Source: Trichoplax sp. H2
Taxonomy: Eukaryota
Length of the DNA stretch: 64,000 nucleotides
Assembly (NCBI GenBank): GCA_003344405.1
Contig: NOWV01000182.1
Coordinates: 1 to 64,000 of the forward strand
Direction of reading: 5' to 3'
Part shown: in pieces, positions 1 to 12,658 of the stretch
Layout of the letters: the number at the start of each line of letters is the position of its first letter
Position numbering within the stretch: position 1 is the first letter of the stretch
Translations under genes and position numbers: made by a program
The notes under the pieces: generated by a model
The model's input: only the letters and a program-made list of their open reading frames with translations
What the model was told of the DNA's origin: nothing
Database searches by the model: none

Positions 1-34
1 AAAATACAATTTCTTGATTCTTCTGCACTAACAG

Positions 35-1277
35 CCACCAGCCAAGCAACTACAAAATTACCCAACACAACTCCAACACAAACTCCGACTTCAGTCGCTA
101 CAACTCCAACTCCGACTTCAGTAGCTACAACTCAAACTCCGACTTTAGGAGCTACAACTCAAGCTACAACTCAAGCTACAACTCAAGCTACAACTTTAGG
201 AGCTACAACTCAAGCTACAACTCAAGCTACTACTCAAGCTACTACTCAAGCTACTACTCAAGCTACTACTCAAGCTACAACTCAAGCTACTACTCAAGCT
301 ACAACTCAAGCTACAACTCAAGCTACAACTCTAGCTACAACTCTAGCTACAAAACAAACTCCGACTTCAGGAGCTACAACTCAAACTACGACGTCAGGAG
401 CTTCTACTCAAACTTCGACTTCAGGAGCTACAACTCAAACTACGGCCTCAGAGGCTACAACTCAAACTACGACTTTAGGAGCTACAGCTCAAGCTACAAC
501 TCAAGCTTCGACTTCTGAAGCTGCAACTCAAACTCCACCTTCAGGAACTACAACTCAAACTACGACCTCAGGAGCTACAACTCAAACTCCGACTTCCGGA
601 GCTACAACCCAAACTTTGACTTCAGGAGCTACAACTCAAGCTCCAACTTTGGGAACTACAACTCAAACTACGACCTCAGGAGCTACAACTCAAACTCCGA
701 CTTCTGGAGCCACAACTCAAACTTCGACTCCAGGAGCTACAACTCAAACTCTGACTTCTGGAGCCACAACTCAAACTTCAACTCCAGGAGCTACAACTCC
801 AGCGCCTGCAACTTCGAACTCAGCAACTACGGGTAGGTCTAAGTAACTGTTTCTAGCTGTCTCGAGAATAGAACTAGAATGTTAGTCATAGTATTCTTTT
901 ATTGTAGTATTTTATCTTTAGGCAATTTTATACGAGTATATAAAACATTCGCGCAGCTTAGAGTAGGAGATTATATCCTTAATTGTATTGCTTGCATTTA
1001 ATTTTACAGTATTACTTGTATAACTTATGTAAATCAAATTTTTTCTACCAGTAACTGTATCTAATTGCTTTTTCTATATATCTTTTTTCACATTATCATA
1101 CTAGCATCAACAACTTCAGTCACATCTACTATGAATGGAACTACGAACAGTACTAATAGTCCAAATGCTACAGTATCTACAGGAACAGTAGATAATCAAA
1201 TTTCTGGCGCTTTAGGAAACAACTATAACATTCTATATATCTTGTTACTTGTAAAGATTGCTTTTTGGCATTCTTAA
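35..1277 (+). CDS. 3' end of a gene, probably an ADAM paralog ('ADAM-0'): Thr-rich mucin exon 35-832 plus terminal exon 1105-1277 with a GPI-type C-terminal signal
   Basis: Acceptor ctaacag|35, 798 nt open reading of ATTQ/TSGATTQTx repeats, donor G|GTAGGT at 832/833, acceptor ctag|1105, ending ...[28 protein letters not shown] at 1277. The last exon and 3'UTR are homologous to those of ADAM-A (10177-10530). The 5' exons lie outside the window, so ADAM identity is inferred. Confidence 0.8.
75..800 (+). repeat. Coding minisatellite: 27-nt unit (TSGATTQTx) with an internal expansion of a 12-nt unit GCTACAACTCAA (ATTQ)
   Basis: Directly visible tandem repeats. The 12-nt units dominate about 150-350; 27-nt units flank them on both sides. 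Confidence 0.95.
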
Positions 1278-3057
1278 ACGATTTCTCTAATACTAACTGT
1301 GTTCGATTTATCTATAACATACGATTTATTTGTCAAAAACATAGCAAATGTTTATTTTCGATTTTTAGGTAATTTATTGCAATTGCTTTACCGTGAGGGA
1401 TTATTATTACACTGTCATCATTTAATCATCGCTTAATTAGAAATTTATCCGTATTCGTGTTATACAGTAATCATTTTACTTCATCAAGGAAATTTTGTAA
1501 TATTCATTTCGTTTCATATCAATATGCTAACTACTAACCGCTGATTACATATCGTTAATTTCGTAAGAAAAAGCTTAAAAATACATATTTATTTGCATGC
1601 TTATCATTTAATAAAATGATTGTCGCTTGTCTTCTTCACTACGAGAAATATTTAGTAAATGCAGTATGTTATTCATTAAATATTTACCGCGGTTTAGTTC
1701 CAGAAACAATCAAATACGAGAAAACATAACATCTGCACATAAGAATATCGAATTTCACCTAGATAAAGGCGATAATATCCACCTACTACTGAAAGTAACA
1801 TCTAGTCGTCCCTGCAAATTCAGCCAAGAATTGAATGTCGTTTCGTTAAATTATTTAGCCTGAAATACAAACTATATCATTAATGAAAAACTATTAAGAT
1901 TAAATTTAAAGAAAGCTGTAAAATTCTGCTGCTGACCTATAAACTTAACTAATTTTCTATACTTCATTATTTTAATATACTGCATAGTGAAACGTAGAAG
2001 ATTAAGCTTAGAAAATGATAAGAAATTTATGATCACGTTAAATATTATAGAAATACGTCATTAGCCTTAAATTAAAACTTACAAGATCAGAGAATTGCAT
2101 TTGACAAAAATTTTAAAGCTCATCCAAGTTTACGCGTGTTAGAACTTCCCTCTCTTACCAACGATACTGCATATTCGTTGCGTTGCTGACGAATTAAGAC
2201 TCATAGCTTTATTTATTTAGCCTTATAAATATGTGAGGGTTTTAGCTATTATTAAGCTAGTTTCGTGAATTTCCCATTATTTACACAATTATATTCAGGC
2301 GAGAAGGTGGGAATATTATCAACTGCAGGTAAAATAGCAGTAACCGTGCTTGCAAAGTTGTTGCATCGCTCATACAGTAGCTATGTACTGTACTTTAACT
2401 GTCATAAAGCTAAAGCAATGTGACTACTGCTACTGAATGCAAGATGCTTCTGTACCATTTCTAGATCTTTTGAAGAATTGTAAAAATCTGTCTTGTACTA
2501 GACAGTGGACGCTTGCAGTAGTATAGAGTCTATATACAAGATAGATTGACGTACAACTTTTACCTTGAAAATAGGTTCCGTAGTAGAGGTAACATATCAA
2601 TATGAAACCATTCGGATCAATTTTATCTCGTCTGAGAATAAAAGAAATTGATACTAATTAAATTGATCTTAGAACTATCATTATGTGTGATTGATCATAT
2701 TCAAATTATAATTTACGCTACGTTTTTATCTAATATACCAGTTCCGCTGTGTATCTAGTAAAAGAGAATAGTTTGATACTGTAAACTATCATTATTTATT
2801 GGCTAATCAAAATACTGGTAAATGATCGCGAGCAGTTAATTTACACGAAATGGCTAACGAAATAATGTCTAGTCTTAAAAAGTTACTGTAAACTGATCCT
2901 CTTCATCTAGATATTTTTATTAAGCTGACTTAGAATTCAATTAATTGATGGATATTTAATCAAATTAGCGCGAAATACTTGAAGCAAAGGTCTGTCACTC
3001 TCAAAAGTAATTCGACACACCTACTGTTATTCCGTACTAATTAAATCTTTATTATAT

Positions 3058-3216
3058 TAACCCAAACATGTTTACATTCTACAGTACGATAGCATTCATT
3101 CTTATGCCTGCCATTCTCATAAATAATTAGATACATCCACTGTATCAACTCATGCTAATCAAATTTTTTTTAACCAAAAATATGTTTACATTTTACAGTA
3201 CGATAGCATTCATTCT
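3058..3216. repeat. Short direct duplication of about 45 bp (TGTTTACATTyTACAGTACGATAGCATTCATTCT)
   Basis: Copies at about 3058-3102 and 3171-3216. Confidence 0.8.
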
Positions 3217-4696
3217 GAAACTGACAGAGATTTTAGCTTGAGACACGCCGATCATAGCAGTTTGAACCGAAAATAAAGAGGCATACCTATGTTTCATCTT
3301 GACTGACATAGATGAAAGCTTGGAGGTGTATTATTCAAACAAGTTCTCGAATGTCTCAAGCAAGTTGAACGAGACTCGTATTGTAGCAAGGACAATTTTA
3401 AAATTAACGATTAATCAGAAGAATCCTTTAAAATTATACAAATGCTCAATAAGAAGATTCTTGTTGCATATAATGTTTTATCTCGAGTTGCTTACATTCA
3501 TAATACTACAATATTGCATGTCATTATTCCATCAACGTGATCAAAATATGGTACCAGGGACTACTAAATACTAATGGTACTCTATTATAAAGCTGGCTTG
3601 AAAAGTAAAACTCTTGCGTAAAATCTATTTATGAGTAAAGTTAAATAGAATCCTTTTCCAGAATCCTATTTTAGTTAAGCATCGCATACTGCAGAATTTT
3701 ATCGAAAGGATAACATCTTTATGGAAGCAGTCTAATCGTTGCACTTCTACAGGAATCAGTGATTTCAACAGTCTCATCGAAAACTTATCCGTATCATCCA
3801 GATCTTGAGCTGTTAGTCGAAATATCATAACAACAACATTGCTTAGACATTTTATTCAATTATAACAATAATATTTAACTAATAGCATATATATATAATA
3901 TACATAATATGTAAATCAGCAGCTTTAAAGGTTATTTCATCCAATGATTTGTTTTGGCGTACTTCCGTCGCTATAGTTCAATCACTTGATTTTCAGAATG
4001 GCAAATAAATAATATATACGCGCACTTTCGAGTGGTTTGCTCCTATCTTTTATGTTATCTTTCAATCTTTTATTTGATGCTTGAGTAAATAAGAAAGGTC
4101 GTAGATTCATACTAGGGGTGATTTCATACTACAAGTAATAATTGCCTTAAGCATCAATTCCTGTGATTGTACACTTATCGCACTATTTTCCGGTAGTGCT
4201 TTCAACACCTTGTATTACTATTTGATCATATGATTTTTCTGAGATAATTAAAAGCTACAATCGGTTTCTTAAACGATTACTTGCTTTGGTAAGATTCATC
4301 CGTTACACGTAGCATTACCGCGATCGCAACAGAAAACTAGGTACAAGCACATTCAATACACGATAGGTAAGATAAAATTATTCGGTAGATTATATCCTAT
4401 AATTTTAAAGCATGGATAAGGTTACAATCAATCTACTTGAATACAGATTCTCGTGTGTGTTTGTTCAAAATTTACTTCGACATAATCTTAGCAACGATAC
4501 AAGTGGCGGAGTTTTCAGTTGAGAAGTACACGAAGTCTAGAAATAGAATGTCCTCCGTACTTTTCCAATAAACTTAGATTCTAGAATCAGTTTCTATGTA
4601 GAATTAAATTATTCGGCATGAGTTGATCATTTAGCGGCATATGTATAGACAGCCTGAAACAATAAATATTTCTATATTAATATACTAGAATTAGCG

Positions 4697-7600
4697 ATGA
4701 TCACGCTGGGAAGTAGTAAAATAAAGAGCAAGTGCTATTCTCTCTGGCTAACTTTTATTTTGTCCCTGATATCACTGAATATCCTAACCGGTGCTAACTT
4801 AACCAAGGAACAAAAACAGCAACTACCTCATGGACTTCGTAGTTATCATTTATTTAAACCCAAAGTAACTATTAATGGAGGAAAATATCAGTGGCCAATT
4901 AAATCGCCAAATGCATCAGTCGATATAAATCTAAATGATGAAAAACTAACACTAGATTTACAACGTAATGATGGATTAGTCGACTACCATTTTCACCATA
5001 CCTATCAAGTTACAGGCCAAATGCGTCGCCAACGAGGCTTAACACAACCATTTTGCTACTATCATGGACAAATTCGCCAAACTGCAAAAACTAAGGTAAG
5101 GCCAATGACCTTGACTATGACCATAAAATCAGCACGCCATATAATTACTAATGTCTATAACTCAATTAAATATCCAGTTCATGGATTACCATTAAAGTGA
5201 TCATTTTATATAAGATTCGCAGCTACAGAACATATAAAATATTAAACTTTTATGATACTTCACATTCATATTACGGTTCGCCGATATAATTATTGTATCT
5301 CTCAAAGAAAATACTAAAAGTATGAATCGAAAATTTCTTAAAAGAAGAGAAAATATCTCAATCCACCTTCCCTTAAACCAAATCGTTCAAAATTAGCCGA
5401 CATATCTTGTCTTGATGCACTCATAATGTGAATAGGTTACTTGTAGTAAAATGATACCGTACATGATAGATCAATTTCATGAGGTTGCACAATACAGCAG
5501 ATAGAATGCGTGCTGTATTGCCATTTGCTGTAAGAGTATCAATAATATTTATCGGGAATTTCCTCAACTGTCAATGTTTTTGATAATATGACAGTGCTGT
5601 CTATACTGTCAAAATCATTGACAGTAGAGGAAATTCCTCAATATTTATTATTTTTACGGAGCTCTTAAGTCGGAGAGTGTATTTACTAAAGACGCTGTTG
5701 TAGACGCGGAAATCATTTTACTGTCAGCTGTTATGTATGTAAGAATACAGTAACCTGTTGTACTGCACCTAATGTGTTAGCATAAGATACGTTATTACGG
5801 CTATACTATTTAAATGCAGTAAATCCTAAATAAAAGAGACTTTTTAGTAAGCTTACTAGGAGGAGTGTATCAAAGTCCCTCGTGCTAACGTTAGCGACTA
5901 AGAGTGGAAATTCAACGTCAGCGATCACACCTCTTAGTGCTGACAAGTTATTGTCATGATAACTAGATCATGGTGCTACTCCATTTAATTAGGATATATT
6001 GTGTATTCGTGTGATAATTAATCTTATACATTCAATAGACTAATGGACTCATCTGTTTACTATCTTTCGACATTATCTTTTAATTAGGATTCACTGGATC
6101 ACGTTGCTGTCACCGCTTGTCGCGGTATTAAAGGAATATTTCACTATCATGGTCATGATTACGCCATAATACCTCTAGATGACCAATTACACGCTACCTA
6201 TCGTATCAAAGATCAAAAAGATCAAAGTAGTAATCATCTTAAGGAATTCCGCTGTGCTAGTAAGATTGCAAAATTAAATCCGGAAACTGAGAAATGGCTT
6301 GAAGATAGGAAAGCATTACATTTACGTCGTCGACGCGATGTTTTCACTGAAACTAAGTATGTAGAATTAGTATTAGTTAATGATAAGCGATCATTCGATT
6401 TCTTGAAAGGTAATTTAACCGTTGTGGAGACTCGTTCCATTCAGGTTAGTGCAGAAAATCAATATTTGATAGCTCACGAAATGAGATTTTCGTTAGTTAT
6501 GTCGAAACAATTTCTACATATAATGAGAATTAGTCCGTGCATGTATGTGCGTTTAAGTACTTTTAGCACATACTTCTGTACAGTATTATGCCAGTACGTA
6601 AGTAAAAAATTGTACAAGTAAAAGACTCGCGAGTATGACGAGAGTTGCTGGGGTCTTTAGTCTCGCAACAATTTACGTCTTACTTGAGTATGGTTATACT
6701 TTATTTCAATTACAGTTAACTATGATTGCTGACAACGTGCTCGACTGCGCTGTAAAATATTGTGTTGGTCTTTCATCACAAGTACAATAATACATACAAT
6801 CGCAATTACGGTTAGGGTTATAGGATGTACCTTTTTGTATGACAGTATCAAATTATGCTTTACCGAACTTTTTTACCTACTTTCCTGCACGTATGGACCA
6901 CCGTAGGTGTGCTAATACATTGAGCCTTTAAGATTCGATAGCTATGGCTATTTTTGTGAGCCCTTGACCTATGAACGTGTTTGTATGATTTTGACGGCTA
7001 TAGTAACTTGATCAATAGCAGTTACTACAAGTCACATATCAGCTTTCGTAGAATTGAACACATTTATTTTCATACTTGGAAAGAGTAATGATACATCCAC
7101 TATTTTATCCTATCATAAAATATAGAGTGTCTATAGTAATAGCAACTATGATCATTCTGAATATCTGTTGGCTTCATTAAAAATATACTGTAGAACTGTA
7201 ACAACTACTCGTATATTTTGCATAAATCTAGGTAGCTAATATCGTCGATTTAAGATATAAGTCAATCAACGTACGCGTTGCCCTGATGAGTTTAGTTACA
7301 TGGAGTGAAACTGATAAAATACTGGTTACATCAAATGCCTCTGCTACTTTAAGCAGGTTCGCCAATTACTCAAATGTTGTTTTGAAGAAATCCAATCCAT
7401 ATGATAACGCACAACTACTTACAGGTGTTAGTCTCACTAATAAAATTGGTAAGCCTTTTCAATGACACTAGTAATAACTGCAGCTGGAATAATCTTAATC
7501 GTAGCAAAATTTAGCTTTTAACGATAACAAGCTTATTACGGATCTCTGTATTTATTCAAGAAATTACTTTATTAATGAATATCTTCTATCTATTATATTC

Positions 7601-10331
7601 CAGGTATCGGCTATCTTTCAACTATGTGTTTACCTAATTCAGTAGGAATGGTCGAAAATACACTAAATGTGGAAGGTGTAGCTACAATCATGGCACACGA
7701 AATGGGCCATAATTTTGGCATGAATCATGATACGGGCAGAATATGTTCTTGCCCTAATATGCCAGTAGGAGTTACATCATGTATTATGGAAGCAGCATTG
7801 CATTCACCTTACCCGCAAGCATTCTCTAGCTGTAGCGTCGCAGACTTATTTAAAAGTTTATATGAAGGACTCGGATCATGTCTCTTTAATGTTCCTACAA
7901 AACTATACACAAATCCAGTTTGTGGAAATGGTTTTAGAGAATCGGGCGAGGAATGTGACTGCGGAAGCGTAAGAGAATGTAAGGATCGTTGCTGCAATGC
8001 AGCAACATGTAAACTGCAATCGTTTGCTGAATGCGCCTCCGGATCGTGCTGTGCAAATTGTAAATTCAAGGCTAGATCAACGTTATGTCGCAAAGCTACA
8101 AATGATTGTGATTTACCAGAATACTGTAGTGGAACATCAGCAGATTGTCCTGCAAATGTCGTCAAGCAATCATCGCTAACATGTGGTAATGGTGCCGGTT
8201 ATTGCTACAATGGAGCTTGCCTCACTACTAACGCACAATGTCAAACCTTATGGGGCCCCACTGGAAAGACAGCTCCTCAGATCTGTTGGGATAACCTCAA
8301 TAAAATGGGAAATGAAAGTGGCTTTTGTAAGAAAACCGATGCTGGACAGTTTATCGCTTGCACCGCTAGCAATGTTCAATGTGGTAAACTCCATTGTGAT
8401 TCGCAAGCCATTAGGCCCGTGATTGGTAATAGCTGGAATCTTTCAATAGCTGCTTTTGTTTCTAGGGTAAGATCGTCTTCTTAATGTTACTCGGCCAGTA
8501 TTACCTCTTATACGACTATCTTAAGCTAGGTGCCGTAAACTTGCGCATGATTGAATTAGTTTAACTTTAATGCTAACGTTATCTCTGCTAATACTAAATT
8601 TCTATTTGGATTGACTAATTATTATGCAGCCTGGAAAGTTAACTATATGCAAGAGCATTTCTGGGAACTTGGGATCAGACATCCCAGACCCAGGGATTGT
8701 TCTGGAAGGAACAAAATGTGGAGACAAAAAAATTTGTTTTGATAATGAATGTCGCAATATTAATTCCGTTATCAACATTAAGCAGTGCAACCCTATTGAT
8801 TGCTCCAATCATGGGGTAAGTAAAACAATCTGAATTAATCATATTATAAACAGATAATGTTTTAAAATTAAAAATAAACATTCACTTCACAGTGAGTCTA
8901 CTACTTTACGTTAGCACTTTTATTAATTAACTGACGGCTGATGTGGTAAGTCTTGAGGTTGGCCAGTGATAGTTTTCATAAAATGCAGCTCGCGCTTTGC
9001 TACTAGCTAATTGATTTTATTGAAGGTTGAACTGTACATGCATTAGGAGGGTAATTGAATGATCAAGTGAAGCAATGCCGAAGAGTTCTTTAGACTCTCC
9101 TTTTATAAGATTCTAGCTGGAATAGTAACGGATCGTTTTATATTATAGCAGCGTCGTACTATACAGATATTTAAGTTTACTATCTTGCTAGATACGATAT
9201 AGACAAGCATTTTGACTGCGTAACATGTTGATAATTTGTGATCTATGACTATTAAAACTTATAACTTATCTATTATTTTATAATTATCAGACATGAACAT
9301 TACGCTACGGTTCGGACCTAGTGTATTAGTGCAAAGATACACATATTTTAATGATTATTCGCGACAGCTAACATTATCAATGTGCTGATACGAGCGGCTA
9401 CTTAGCCATTTTCTTCACGACAGAAATGAAATTAGTTAAGGTATTGTATGAATTCTTCGTTATAGATTTGCAATAGTAACGGAAACTGTCACTGTGACAA
9501 TGGTTACGCTCCACCATCATGTAATCAACCTGGCAACGGGGGCAGTATTGATAGCCATGACCATAATACCTTACCGACCGCAACCTCAGGTAAGATCGTT
9601 CTTAAACAATATCAAGTTATATTGTACTTACGGTAGTAGCACTTAGCTGGTAGAGATCGATGGATATCTTTATTTTTTTTAATTTCTTATAGCTTAGTTG
9701 GTTTCATTGATAGTTTTAGTAGTAACAATCGAAATCCTTCTCATAATGCTAGCCAGGGTAGCCTTATGAACGTCTCCTAATCTATCCTTAACGTAGTATC
9801 ATGATCAATCGGTTACTTATTCTTGTCTTGTTTTAAGTCTTACTAGTGTTGATTTTCAGTAGACAAAGTTCTTATGATACCTTATAATCTGAATTGATGT
9901 CTGCTCTATACTAGAATAGAAGCTCTTCCAATTCAAGAATAACAATGTTACACGTAAAAGTGATCAAATTACAATTTCTTAATTCCTCTGCGCAACTAGA
10001 GACAAGTTTATAAATTACAGTAAACATTCGTATGGCCCAGAGTAGATCATATCTTTAATTGTAGTACTTGAATTGAATTTACGGTATTGCTTATGAACCT
10101 TATCCAAATCAAATCTTTACTTCCACTAACCGTTTCTAATTCTTATTTCTATCTATCTTTTACGCTGCCATGCTAGCACCAACATCTAGTACAACGCCAA
10201 CCTCTTCAGTGAACGGAAATAGTACAATATTGACAGTAACAAAAGATCATGAAATTTCTCGTGCTATGAGAAGCAGCTATAACATTCTATTCATCGTGTT
10301 ACTTGTAAAGATTGCATTTTGGCATTCTTAA
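4697..10331 (+). CDS. ADAM metalloprotease 'ADAM-A' (signal, pro, reprolysin, disintegrin, Cys-rich, EGF, short S/T stalk, GPI-type signal), about 766 aa, 7 exons
   Basis: Exons 4697-5095, 6088-6444, 7232-7448, 7604-8466, 8630-8815, 9466-9589, 10177-10331; all GT-AG, total 2301 nt in frame. Motifs: prodomain FCYYHG, furin site [16 protein letters not shown], zinc motif [12 protein letters not shown], Met-turn CIM, CGNG..E.GEECDCG, disintegrin [31 protein letters not shown]. Confidence 0.93.
5541..5652. repeat. Imperfect palindrome of about 110 bp (foldback/MITE-like) in ADAM-A intron 1
   Basis: Left arm GGAATTTCCTCAACTGTCAATGTTTTTGATAATAT pairs with right arm ATACTGTCAAAATCATTGACAGTAGAGGAAATTCC. 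The centre GACAG-TG-CTGTC is itself palindromic. Confidence 0.75.
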
Positions 10332-10699
10332 ATGGTTTCTCTAACATTAGTTATATTTAGTTTCTCTAAAATACATGATGTAAGTGTCAAAAAGATTGCA
10401 CATGTTTATTTTTAATTTTTAGACAATTTATTGCAATTACTTTACCAATCAGGGATCATTATTATCACACTATCATCATTTAGTTCGAAATTTATCCCTT
10501 TTCGCCTTCTGCAGTAATCGTTTTACTTCATGTAATAAATAAAGCACTACCCTTAGCCCTACTCTAAACTAGTCACCCAATAATATATAATTAGTTTTAC
10601 AATGTAGCGGTTAAAAGTAGTTTATTCTTCAAATCTTGCTGAATATTGCGGTAATAAAGCTCTAGACTACGCAAACTACACTTGGCTAGCTTTCAGGCA

Positions 10700-11400
10700 C
10701 AGTTTATCGACTGCATTGTCTTCTCATGATGACAGCCTTTTATACCCTTCTTCATAGCATGTTTGCCTAATCATTCTCCCTGATCAATTCGTCTGCAAAC
10801 CTATTGTAACTTAATGTAGTCTCTAGTTTCCCTTCATTACTGATATGGGTGCTGCAAGTGGGAGACTCTTTCGCGACTGTAGGTATGATTGTCCTGCCTC
10901 CCTTTTGAGCCAATCGTACACAAGTTACTGAGGTACGCTGATTCCGCCTGCCGAGGCAATCTCACGTAACTCCTGTACTGTACAGTTGTCGTCTCATTAC
11001 AAACAGCGTCCAGTAAATTGTTGTAGGCAGTTGTCTTTTTGCACTACACAGTGCCAAGGTCAAGGACTACTAAAATAGTTCCAATTGCTTGACTATGAAT
11101 GTTCCCTAAAATCAAGATTAATTTACAGTTGCAGCAATAATAGACAGCAGTCATTAATCCTTGATCATGTGAGAGTGTGGTGGGTCACTTTTCTCGTGCA
11201 GCAAATATATATTATCCAGTAGCACAACGCAATACAGTATTCTCTGAAGGTTTCTCTTCTACGATGCATTTACACTTAGTGCGACAAACTTCTCTAGTGC
11301 GGCGTGAATTGCGTATTCTGCGGCACATTTGCTCTCTGTGCGGCTACGAACTTCTCTTTGGTAGTCTTTGCCTGCTTGGTACAGGATGACGACCGTAACT
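10700..11400 (-). mobile_element. Decayed Crypton-like (DUF3504-type tyrosine recombinase) transposon relic
   Basis: GC-richer island. Minus-strand translation across frameshifts and stops gives colinear motifs EKFVAAQRANVPQNT (~11350-11311), LCYW..YIFAAREK (~11228-11190), YNNLLDAV (~11027-11002), RQLYSTGV (~10991-10968), PRQAES (~10956-10939) and IGSKGRQDNH (~10914-10885). These resemble my recollection of Crypton YR motifs (VPKNT, LxYWL..FxxExRK, LDAxMKxLxxxG, KQAEP, FGLRGxxEH). Boundaries are approximate. Confidence 0.5.
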
Positions 11401-12658
11401 ATAACAACGGTTGGTTGGCAACAAAGATCCCATGACGTACAGTATTTTTAGACCAGTATTTCATGGTGATTGGTTGAAAGCGACCATAGACGTCTGTTGG
11501 TTTATTTAGCTGTACTGTATAAGTGTATATTATTATTGCTACGCTTACCAGTAACTGATGGTTTGTATTGCAATTTTCAAAGAAAGAAAATAACTCAATA
11601 ATGCAGTAAAAATTGAAAAAAAACATCAAGTGCCAATTGCTTAGGGTTGTCATGATCTGTATTGGTGAAACTTGAGCCAAATTCAAAGTAAATGCCTTCA
11701 AAATTGAAAGACGTACATAAAGGCTACACTATGTCTGAAGATCAAGTGAATACTTTTCAACCAGTATAGTACAGTATAAGGCTCACCACGCCCATGACAT
11801 TTATGTTACGGCTAAAACCCGATGTTCGCCCAATACGCTATACGCGTATCTGGATGTACAGTTCTACACTAGCCAGCGATTGTTTGATGAAAATATCTAG
11901 TAATGAATCAAGTCGTCATTGTTCATCGTTAGATTATACAATGAACCTATTGTACTGTACTGTACTGTACAGTACAGTAGAGTCATCCAAATGGGATATC
12001 GCCGCCTGATTGACATTGAATAACAATAGCCTGTGAAGGACGTCACAAAAGGATTTTTCGTGTTCGATAGTTGGCGAAACTATTGTGACAGTCAATTCAA
12101 CGATTGAAAATAGTGAGTCGGTGGATTCACTTTTAGTAGCGTTGTCACAAGCGGTTCGATTGAATCGCCAATAATCCATTCAGTCTATCTCTCGGTCAAC
12201 CTTGGACGCTTCATCATTGCCTATCTTGACCTCCATCATTTCTACCATCCTATACTAAAACGAAATGGCCAAGGTGGACTGAAATTTTCCCTCTCTTGTG
12301 TCCTTTTTGCTTGGTTCTTCAGATTCAATAAATAATAATAATATTATTTTCCAGCCTTGTTTTGATTCATTTCTTGACTGCATTTTTGAATCGTGTATTC
12401 ATTGGAATAATCCATCAAGTTGAGCTATTTTTACCTGTTATGATGATCCATTTTACCTCTATGTATGCGAGCTGATCCTATCCCATCGCCATCATCCATT
12501 CTCAGTACTTTTCCTTGACTTTCTGTTTGATTCTTACAAGAGAGAATTGGAAAGAAATCAAAAAACAAACTCTTCATTTCCCCCATCTTGAAAAGAATCG
12601 ATCGATCTTAAAGTTGCTGTAGTCTTTTTGGTGACTAATAGACGATATAGTTTACACC

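Noticed and set aside
150-800. Regular repeats as a possible CRISPR array
   Set aside because: There are no unique spacers; these are in-frame coding tandem repeats in a eukaryotic exon.
616-846. Stand-alone 76-aa Thr-rich ORF in the track
   Set aside because: It is the distal part of the 35-832 exon, called from a TTG start and read through the splice donor.
3299-3828. ORFs 3299-3574 (+) and 3625-3828 (-)
   Set aside because: No recognisable motif, splice context or paralog; consistent with chance ORFs in AT-rich DNA.
7809-8422. Antisense and alternative-frame ORFs over ADAM exon 4 (similar ones at 15987-16772 and 27005-27797)
   Set aside because: Shadow ORFs of the real Cys-rich exon; not conserved among paralogs.
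11951-11980. Palindromic (TACTG)n/(CAGTA)n tract
   Set aside because: TACTGTA/TACAGTA words are abundant throughout the window, so this is a simple low-complexity expansion.
11934-12300. Minus-strand ORF with LFSIVELTVTIVSPTIEHEKSF, faintly like a hAT transposase dimerisation motif
   Set aside because: A single weak motif with no TIRs or further transposase motifs; cannot be supported without an HMM search.
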